Shown here one piece after another: positions 56,890-64,000 of a stretch of DNA of 64,000 bases (its first letter is position 1; the number at the start of each line of letters is the position of its first letter). A program made the position numbers and the translations under genes. The stretch is from NCBI GenBank assembly GCA_038207085.1, contig JBBRAE010000009.1:1-64000 (forward strand). Direction: 5' to 3'. The stretch is from Armatimonadota bacterium. Lineage in GTDB: Bacteria; Armatimonadota; UBA5829; DTLH01. The notes beneath the pieces were generated by a model, which made no database searches, was not told the DNA's origin, and worked only from the letters and a program-made list of their open reading frames with translations.

Positions 56890-58698
56890 CTACGGTTTTG
56901 CTGTGGGCGCGGCTGCAGGCTTGGGGTTCTGCGGTGTGGAGACCTGCCAGGTTTTGTCAACGTGGGCAGGGTCCACCACGGTTCCGTCGGGGCGAAGCCA
57001 CGACAGGGTGAGCATGAATTGCCTCGACTTCGTCTTCTCGTCCACCTCCATACGCAGCGCATAGCAGGGGATTAGGTCTTCCTGTTTGTCGGTCTGCGGT
57101 GTGGTGAGCTTTTTTGCAACCGACGGCTCAAGCGCCGCGAAATACGGCCACTGCGCGTCTGAGAGAGTCGAGACATTGATGCCTGATTGTGTTTGCAGGG
57201 CGGTCTTCTGTCCAGGTGTCAGGGCGGCGTACAGGCGGAGCACGTTTTTGCTGCGGTTGATTCCAAAACCCATCACGGGCAGAAGCTTCCGCTCAGCCAG
57301 GATTGTGTGCTGTATCTGACCGTCGGTGAGGCAGGCGACGGAAACCAGATCGTCGAAGGTGAACTTTCCTTCCTTGGCGCGTGTCCGCCAGGTCTCAAGC
57401 CAGGCCTCAGGGACCTCCCAGCTGCGTTTTTCATACCACTTCGGGTCTTCAAAAGTGATCAGACCCTCAGAGTATTTTACTTGTTTGCCGTAGGTCGCGG
57501 CGATCAGTTTTAGCGCATCGCGAAGCTTGCAGGTGGTCTGAGACATGCGAGGGCTGCGCGCGTCGATAAAGTAGTCGGATACCACGTTTGTCTTGGCCTC
57601 TTTGGCAAGGGTCTCAAGCACCGCCGGCATCGACGGATCTTTGGCCTCAAGCTTGATCTCTTTGTCGAGCGCTGGGTTGTCCTTGGGCAGATCGTCCTCA
57701 GCCTGAACTGTGGGCGGCTGGGAGAAGAGCTTTGTGCTATCGGCCATCATCTGGGCCTTGATACTTTCCGGGCTTTGCCCTTCGGATGCCATGATCATCG
57801 CCTTGGCTATCATGTTGGCCATGTGGCTTGTGGGGTCGAAAATCGGCATGTCGAAGCGTTCGCTGTTTGGAGCAGTCACTTGGATCATGCCTATCATCCC
57901 TGCCTGGCGTGCCTCTTCGGGCATATCCTCGCCGGAGAGTTTCATTTTGATCTCCGCCTGCGAAAGATTGTTCAGAAGCTTGGTGTGTGCGTTGTTGTGG
58001 CCGATGTCCAGCTTGGAGACAAGCTCATCAAGGCCGGTGATCAGCCCTTCGGTCGCGTTCACTCCGTGCTGAGTCATCTTGGAAAGCGGCAGGTTCACGT
58101 CGCGGCCATCGGTGAATGCGGCTCGGGCGTCGGGAATCGCGGTGAGCATCTGCCCAAGCGATTTGCCGAACGGCTCCGTTGCCATCACATATAGAAACGG
58201 CGACTCGTCTTTGAGCTTGGCGATCTCTTCAGGGGAAAGCTTATCGAGCTGTTCTATCTGGTCGATGACCCCTGTTCGCTTTTCGGCCAGTTTCTTGGCT
58301 TCGGCCTCGGCGCTTCCCGCAAGGAGCGCTTCTTCCTCTTTCCTTGATTTCAAGTCCTGAAACAGTCGGTAGGTGTGGACCCCATCCTTCTTTCCCCGGG
58401 CCCAGGTGAAACGAAGGAGCTTTGCGAGTGTCTTTTGAACGTCGTCGAGCTTCATGTCGGTTACGAAAAGGGCTACCTTGCGGTCGCGCACCTTCCAGTC
58501 TCCGGCGTTCATTCCCGCGGTCATTGCGACATCTGTCTTTTCCGAAAGCTCCTCAAGGACGACGTGGAGCAGCGTACCTTTGGCTTGGTAGGTGACTTTC
58601 TGGTCGAGCCGTGTGTCGGGGGCCGCGGCCTCTTCGGCGCAGGCGGCGGAAAACAGGCAGAGCAGAACTAACACGGCGGCAGACTTGAGTCTCATCAT
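56890..58698 (-). CDS. Secreted hypothetical protein with two STN/secretin-N-like segments
   Basis: Signal peptide; RLDQKVTY...LHVVLEELSEKTDV and LDKEIKL...MPAVLETLAKEAKTNVVSD. Confidence 0.65.
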   Translation of the reverse strand: MMRLKSAAVLVLLCLFSAACAEEAAAPDTRLDQKVTYQAKGTLLHVVLEELSEKTDVAMTAGMNAGDWKVRDRKVALFVTDMKLDDVQKTLAKLLRFTWARGKKDGVHTYRLFQDLKSRKEEEALLAGSAEAEAKKLAEKRTGVIDQIEQLDKLSPEEIAKLKDESPFLYVMATEPFGKSLGQMLTAIPDARAAFTDGRDVNLPLSKMTQHGVNATEGLITGLDELVSKLDIGHNNAHTKLLNNLSQAEIKMKLSGEDMPEEARQAGMIGMIQVTAPNSERFDMPIFDPTSHMANMIAKAMIMASEGQSPESIKAQMMADSTKLFSQPPTVQAEDDLPKDNPALDKEIKLEAKDPSMPAVLETLAKEAKTNVVSDYFIDARSPRMSQTTCKLRDALKLIAATYGKQVKYSEGLITFEDPKWYEKRSWEVPEAWLETWRTRAKEGKFTFDDLVSVACLTDGQIQHTILAERKLLPVMGFGINRSKNVLRLYAALTPGQKTALQTQSGINVSTLSDAQWPYFAALEPSVAKKLTTPQTDKQEDLIPCYALRMEVDEKTKSRQFMLTLSWLRPDGTVVDPAHVDKTWQVSTPQNPKPAAAPTAKP

Positions 58699-58935
58699 GT
58701 TTCATCCTCGATTCGGTACAGACAAGTATCAGGCACTGTTATCTACTAGACGCAAGAAAGCGGGCCCTGTTACCACCGGGCGAGCTGGTTGATTATACCC
58801 AGTAACCAGAAGAGTGTCTCAGAAACGGCGAAAATCCTGTAAGCATTCCAAAGGAGGGAAAACCGCTATAAAACGCCAAGAGTTTCATGGAAGCGGGACA
58901 GGCCCGCCAAATCGTCTAATTATCAGAGGTTAACT

Positions 58936-60060
58936 GTGGATACTATCACACCTATTCGCCCGAAGTGGAAGGGCACAATGACGGACCGCGAGCGGTTCAA
59001 CAACCAGATGCACTACAAGCCGGTTGACCGCAGCTTCAATATGGAGTTCGGCTACTGGGATGAGAACTTCCACCTGTGGCCGCTTTTCGTCGATAACGGG
59101 ATCACGAACAACGACGAGGCCGACAAGTTCTTCAACTTCGACCGGATCGACGTTTTTGTGCCGAACGTGTGGCTCTACCCCGTGTTTCCCAGCGATACCG
59201 TCGGTGAGACCGAGACCAACTACATTCGGATGAACGGTGACGGGCTCCTTGCAGAGGTCCCTAAGGACGGGCACGACACGATTCCCCACTACATACAGGC
59301 GACTGTCGTTACCCCGGAGGACTGGAAGAAGTGCAAAGAGGAGCGCCTGCGGCTCGATGACCCCGGTCGCGTGATAGATATCCCAGCGCTTCAAGAGCAG
59401 TATCCCAGCGACCGCGATTACCCGCTTGGAGTATGGTGCGGCTCGATGATCGGGAAAATCCGCGACATGCTCACATTCGAGGGCCTCGCCTACGCGACGT
59501 ACGACTACCCGGATATGGTCGAGGACATGGTGGAGACCTCCTGCCAGCTCGTCGAGCACGCGCTTGACCAGGTGCTTCCCCATGTTCAGTTCGACTATGC
59601 TTCGGGTTGGGAGGACATCTGCTTCAAGAACGGCCCGATCGTCTCGGTCGACTTCTTTAACAGCATCGTGGTGCCGAGGTACAAGCGTATCGGCAAGAAG
59701 ATTCGGGATGCGGGTATCGATATCTGGTACACGGACTGCGACGGCGACGTGCGGCCCATTATGAGTGGGTTCCTCGAAGGCGGCATCAACTGCCTGTTCC
59801 CCTTTGAAGTGATGGGTTGCGCTCGCCCCGGCGAGCTTTTGGACCAGTATGGCGAGCAGCTCCGAATTATGGGCGGGGTCGACAAGATCCAGCTCGGGAA
59901 CGGCCGGGAGGCTATCAAGGCATACCTTGAGACGCTTGTGCCCTACGTCGAGCGAGGCGGGTATATCCCGTTCTGTGACCACCGCTGCCCTCCAAACGTT
60001 ACACCTGATGATTATCTCTACTATCTCGACCTCAAAGAGAAGATGTTTGGAATGAAGTAG
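58936..60060 (+). CDS. Uroporphyrinogen decarboxylase (URO-D/MtaA-like) family protein
   Basis: WEDICFKNGP, YTDCDGD, IMGGVDK, GGYIPFCDH. Confidence 0.85.
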   Translation: MDTITPIRPKWKGTMTDRERFNNQMHYKPVDRSFNMEFGYWDENFHLWPLFVDNGITNNDEADKFFNFDRIDVFVPNVWLYPVFPSDTVGETETNYIRMNGDGLLAEVPKDGHDTIPHYIQATVVTPEDWKKCKEERLRLDDPGRVIDIPALQEQYPSDRDYPLGVWCGSMIGKIRDMLTFEGLAYATYDYPDMVEDMVETSCQLVEHALDQVLPHVQFDYASGWEDICFKNGPIVSVDFFNSIVVPRYKRIGKKIRDAGIDIWYTDCDGDVRPIMSGFLEGGINCLFPFEVMGCARPGELLDQYGEQLRIMGGVDKIQLGNGREAIKAYLETLVPYVERGGYIPFCDHRCPPNVTPDDYLYYLDLKEKMFGMK

Positions 60061-60184
60061 TTCTTATCAAAGATCGCGCCAAGCATAGTGCTCGGCGCGA
60101 TCTTTGTTTGTACGCTTGTCGAGCGGGTTTCGGGGTATACTAAGATTACAATGGGATCAGCGCTTTGTTCGGAGAGGCGGTTCT

Positions 60185-60643
60185 ATGAAGCAACGAGTGT
60201 GGAACCTGACCCTTGGGCTGGCGGGGGCGGGACTTGTCGACTCGCTCTACCTGCTGCTCTTTCAGACCGGCAAGATAGAGCACTTGGCGTGCCCGGTGTT
60301 TCGAGGTGGGTGCGAGACGGTGGCGAGTTCGGCGGTCGCTTATCCAAGGGGCATACCAGACGCCGTCTTTGGGGTCATCGGCTACTCAGCCGCGGCGTTG
60401 ACGGCGTTTGCGATACCGCGGTCGGGAGGCAGGGTCAGAAGGACGCTTGCAGGGTTCGCAGTAGCAGGCTCGATCGGCGCGCTCGCAATATCGGCGTTTC
60501 TCACATACGCCCAGCCCAAGTTGACCGGCGCGTGGTGCTTCTGGTGCCTCAGTTCTGCTGTGATATCCTCCGCAATGGCTTTCACCGCTATCTACGGAGC
60601 GAGCATAATCCTCAAAGATTCGCAGGGGGAACCCACAATATGA
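60185..60643 (+). CDS. Vitamin K epoxide reductase (VKOR) family protein
   Basis: ACPVFRGGCETVASS loop cysteines; WCFWC active site; 4 TM. Confidence 0.88.
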   Translation: MKQRVWNLTLGLAGAGLVDSLYLLLFQTGKIEHLACPVFRGGCETVASSAVAYPRGIPDAVFGVIGYSAAALTAFAIPRSGGRVRRTLAGFAVAGSIGALAISAFLTYAQPKLTGAWCFWCLSSAVISSAMAFTAIYGASIILKDSQGEPTI

Positions 60644-61329
60644 AAGATCGCCACGAACCTGAGATAGACAAGTCCGATGTGCCGTCGCACAACCTGATTG
60701 GCGCGGTTAGATACGTCCTTGCAGGCAGCCCGGAGGTGAACGCGGGGAGCATCACTGTGAATGCGTCAAACGGTGTCGTGTACCTGACCGGGGCCGTAGA
60801 CACGCTTCGGGAAAAAGAGATGGCAAGCGCGCTTGCGACGAAATCTTCGGGGGTTACATACGTCGAAAACGACCTTGTGGTCTCTCCTGCCAAGCCCTCA
60901 AGTGACCATGAACTCCTCTCGCGTGCCCAGCAGGCTCTTGGAGGTTTCGTCGAGCCAAAGATTGGGGTTCGGATGGTCGAAAGCGGGCAGGCATATGTAA
61001 CTGGGACTGCGGAAAGCGCATACATCGCAGAGGCGGCGGTGCGGGTTGTGGAGTCGGTGCCGGGGATCAGTCAGGTCATAAACGAAATCGACATCGCCTC
61101 GGGTGAGCCGATCGACGACATCGACATCGCAAACCGCGTCCTTGATCGCCTCGCCGACGACCCTCGCCTTCACTACGCAGGTATCGCTGTCCGCGCCGAC
61201 CGGGGTGAAGTTATCCTCGACGGTGAAGTCGACAACCATAGCATGGTCGAGTCGGCGGGGGACCTCGCGAACCGCGCTGAGGGTGTGCGCCGCGTCGTCA
61301 ACAGACTAACCCGCATTATTCACGAGTAG
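60640..61329 (+). CDS. Triple BON-domain protein
   Basis: GVVYLTGAV...GVTYVENDL, GISQVINEI, GEVILDGEV...GVRRVVNRL. Confidence 0.88.
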   Translation: MKDRHEPEIDKSDVPSHNLIGAVRYVLAGSPEVNAGSITVNASNGVVYLTGAVDTLREKEMASALATKSSGVTYVENDLVVSPAKPSSDHELLSRAQQALGGFVEPKIGVRMVESGQAYVTGTAESAYIAEAAVRVVESVPGISQVINEIDIASGEPIDDIDIANRVLDRLADDPRLHYAGIAVRADRGEVILDGEVDNHSMVESAGDLANRAEGVRRVVNRLTRIIHE

Positions 61330-61385
61330 CGTGAATAATGCTCTGTTAGCGAAAGCTTTATTCACTTCACGAATAAAGCGGGCTA
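61307..61385. repeat. Inverted pair of hairpin-GCGGGYTA elements
   Basis: 61307-61343 is the reverse complement of the 54792 type; 61354-61385 matches the 16106 type. Confidence 0.85.
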
Positions 61386-61456
61386 AAGGCCAGGGGGTCG
61401 CATTGATATTGATATTGATCGTGCCAAGTCTCCCGACTTGGCACGCATTCTTTACT

Positions 61457-62110
61457 TTAGTCGGCTTTCTTTTTCGCGAGCGCTATCCAGTGGACGGGTC
61501 GCCCTGGCTCCATGCTTTCTTCGAGCGCCATTATCTCGAAGTCCGCGAGCAGATCGTCGCGCACCTCAGTTTCGTCTGAGAAGTGGTGGGAGATGCCCGC
61601 GTCGGGGACGTCGCCGCCCTTGATCAGGGTAAAGGGCTCGATCTCCTCGGCTCCGGGAAGATTCTTCTCACTCTCCCACTCCTTGCGCGAGAGCAGCCAG
61701 ACCAGAAAATACCCACCGGGGCGAAGCGCTCGGGCCACCTCGGCGATCGAACGCCGAAGGCCGTCGAGCTTGTTGTGATATATCGCGAGGACGCTTATCA
61801 CCGCATCGAAGCTTGCGTCGGGGAAGGGGATCTGCTCCATATCGGCCTCGACAAGCTCAGCACTGACGGCGTGGCGTGCCATCGCCTTTCTGGAGAGATG
61901 AAGCGCGGTGTCCGAGGAGTCCTGCCCCGTCACCTCAAAGCCTTCGCGTGCGAGCCAAACCACGTGCCGACCCGCGCCGCAACCGAGGTCGAGAATCCGC
62001 GTTGTGTCGTTTCCGTGCAGGATCGGGATCACCCCGACCACATGCCAGTCCGGGTCCTCCCACCTCATATCTTGTCGTTCAAAAACATCGTTCCAGGTCT
62101 GCTGGGGCAA
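61457..62110 (-). CDS. Class I SAM-dependent methyltransferase
   Basis: ILDLGCGAGRH, PFPDASFDAVIS, RALRPGG. Confidence 0.9.
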   Translation of the reverse strand: MPQQTWNDVFERQDMRWEDPDWHVVGVIPILHGNDTTRILDLGCGAGRHVVWLAREGFEVTGQDSSDTALHLSRKAMARHAVSAELVEADMEQIPFPDASFDAVISVLAIYHNKLDGLRRSIAEVARALRPGGYFLVWLLSRKEWESEKNLPGAEEIEPFTLIKGGDVPDAGISHHFSDETEVRDDLLADFEIMALEESMEPGRPVHWIALAKKKAD

Positions 62111-62244
62111 GTTCTTCGTCCTCCTTGATCGTGTGCAGTGTCAAATATACGGCATGGAGACTTTTGAGTCAAGGAGATGCGCGAAGTGGATGCATGTAGT
62201 AAGAGATACCCACGCCCTTGTGGCGGTGGAGTTGGCTCACCTTT

Positions 62245-62661
62245 CTACCACCCCAGCAGCCGATACGACGCCCCGGCCCACCACTGTTCGCTCCCGACGA
62301 TGCCGGTGATCCAGTTGAAGCCGTCGTAGATTGCGGTGATGTTCCAGCCGCCGACGGAGATGTCTGGGAGCTCGCGCGTCTCTTTCAATACCTTGTAGTA
62401 GAACGAAACGAGCGTGGAGTCCTTGTCGCCGTCGGCGTCGATGTAGAGCGCGTCGATCTCAAGCTTGCCGGTCACTCCCACGGCGAGCTCCTCAAGATAT
62501 GCGTGCTGGGGGAAAGATGGGGGTGTCTGGAGCTTTACGTAGTATGTGCCAAGCTCAACCTCGCCGCCTCTGAGCTGGTTCGCGGCCGGCATAGTGACGA
62601 TATCGATCGCAAAAGCTCCCTGGCATAGAGCGACACAGGCCAAGGCAACAACCCAACGCAT
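62245..62661 (-). CDS. Secreted beta-strand-rich protein (YjbH-like barrel fragment?)
   Basis: Signal peptide; MPAANQL, KVLKET..LPDISVG; short for a full barrel. Confidence 0.5.
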   Translation of the reverse strand: MRWVVALACVALCQGAFAIDIVTMPAANQLRGGEVELGTYYVKLQTPPSFPQHAYLEELAVGVTGKLEIDALYIDADGDKDSTLVSFYYKVLKETRELPDISVGGWNITAIYDGFNWITGIVGSEQWWAGASYRLLGW

Positions 62662-62716
62662 CTCACAGCCTCCAGACAATAAGATGTGCTATGAGATACC
62701 CGCTGGGGGCGAAACT

Positions 62717-63718
62717 CTAACCCCGTTTGGCAAGTGGCTCGGAGGCTCTCGCGTCCATATCAAGGGCCGAGCGCTCTCCACCAATGAATCTGTAATACCC
62801 GGCGGCGGCGGCCATCGCGGCGTTGTCGGTGCAGAGCTTTGGAGGCGGAGCGCTCACGGTGATCCCAAGCTCCGCGCCTCGCTCCTTCATTCTCGCCTGA
62901 AGCCCGCGGTTTGCGGCGACTCCACCGGCGATCAAGACCCGCTTTGCGCCCTTCATCTCGGCGGCTTTAAATGTGTTGTTGACGAGCACGTCGATCACGG
63001 CTGCCTGGAAGCTCGCCGCCACGTCCTCTACGGGCACAGAGTCACCCGCTTTCTCGATGTGGCGCACGACGGAGGTCTTGAGTCCCGAAAAGCTGAAGTC
63101 GAGCGTCCCATCGATCCTGGCGCGCGGGAACCTGATCGCTTTGGGGTTCCCCTGGCTTGCGAGCTTGTCGATGATCGGGCCGCCGGGGTAGCCGAGGCCC
63201 ATCGCACGTGCGGACTTGTCAAACGCCTCACCGGCGGCGTCGTCGCGCGTGCGGGCGATCATCTCATACTCACCGTGACCGGTCATATAGACGATATCGG
63301 AGTGCCCGCCTGAGACTATCAGGCAGATAAAGGGGAACTCGATCTCAGTGTCTGTCAGGAAGTTTGCGTAGATGTGGCCTTCGAGGTGATGCACCCCGAT
63401 GATCGGGAGCCCCGCCGCCCACGCGATCGCCTTTGCAGCCGACACCCCGACGATCAGCGCGGGGATCAGCCCGGGGCGGTTGATGATCGCGATTGCGTCG
63501 ATGTCTGAGAGCGCGCACCCGGCTTCGTCGAGCGCCTGGCTGACGGTCGGGCAGATCAGCTCCACGTGCCTGCGCGAAGCGATTTCCGGGACTACTCCGC
63601 CGAACTTCTGGAAAAGGTCGATCTGGGAGGCGACTATGTTGGAGAGGATTGTCCTGCCGTCCTCGACGACTGCGGCGCTGGTCTCGTCGCAGCTCGTCTC
63701 AATACCTAAAATCTTCAT
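62717..63718 (-). CDS. tsaD: tRNA N6-adenosine threonylcarbamoyltransferase
   Basis: ILGIETSCDET, HHLEGH, DDAAGEAFDK, CTDNAAM. Confidence 0.97.
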   Translation of the reverse strand: MKILGIETSCDETSAAVVEDGRTILSNIVASQIDLFQKFGGVVPEIASRRHVELICPTVSQALDEAGCALSDIDAIAIINRPGLIPALIVGVSAAKAIAWAAGLPIIGVHHLEGHIYANFLTDTEIEFPFICLIVSGGHSDIVYMTGHGEYEMIARTRDDAAGEAFDKSARAMGLGYPGGPIIDKLASQGNPKAIRFPRARIDGTLDFSFSGLKTSVVRHIEKAGDSVPVEDVAASFQAAVIDVLVNNTFKAAEMKGAKRVLIAGGVAANRGLQARMKERGAELGITVSAPPPKLCTDNAAMAAAAGYYRFIGGERSALDMDARASEPLAKRG

Positions 63719-64000
63719 CAGCAAACGTGTGTCCTTGTCTTTTCGGTTTCGTCGGGCACTTCGGTGTTCTCGATCAGGCGCTGTTTCAGCTCGGAGAAGC
63801 ATCGCTGGTAGTCCGGGGAGTGGATGTCGTCCACCCACATCACGATCGCGTTTTCGTTGTTGTCGCTGTAGTATCCGCGCCGGATAGCCGCCGCGACAAA
63901 GCCGTATTTTCGATACAGCCCCTGGGCGACGTTGTTGCTTTCGCGCACTTCGAGGGTTGCGCGCCTGGCTCTGCGGCGATGGGCCTCTTCGAGCATCGAA
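63718..64000 (-). CDS. rimI: Ribosomal-protein-alanine N-acetyltransferase, 5' part outside the window
   Basis: TLEVRESNNVAQGLYRKYGF...RRGYYSDNNENAIVMW; coupled to tsaD. Confidence 0.9.
   Translation of the reverse strand, partial: SMLEEAHRRRARRATLEVRESNNVAQGLYRKYGFVAAAIRRGYYSDNNENAIVMWVDDIHSPDYQRCFSELKQRLIENTEVPDETEKTRTHVC

Overview
Chromosomal 64 kb window from a moderately GC-rich diderm bacterium. PEP-CTERM proteins, prepilin-type FTLIELL/H-X9-DG proteins, CGGGG lipoproteins and a GLNNIGLLVxTWG C-terminal domain suggest Armatimonadota; this is inference. Housekeeping genes include glyQS, dgt, an ABC-F ATPase, ftsK, rimO, gltX, trxA, dnaA, hisF, hisI, htrA, tsaD and a partial rimI. A full Pho regulon is present (phoR-phoB, porin, pstS, pstCAB-phoU) with visible 11-bp-period Pho boxes. 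The most striking accessory feature is a cobalamin riboswitch, divergent from dnaA, that heads a prepilin-like H-X9-DG gene, a surface-protein gene and a PEP-CTERM gene, with no TonB receptor in the locus: a candidate undescribed B12-capture system. Other notable items are an AAA ATPase + TOPRIM-like (DUF4276-type) candidate defence pair, a tandem pair of amidohydrolase-fold proteins lacking metal ligands, and several nonsense-inactivated genes (hicB, hicA, an MNT antitoxin, a second prepilin gene). There is also a C39 peptidase gene ending inside a 67-bp repeat that brackets a glycoside hydrolase gene, a small GG-leader-like ORF, and several REP-like repeat families. All calls are by eye from sequence and motifs; no database searches were run.
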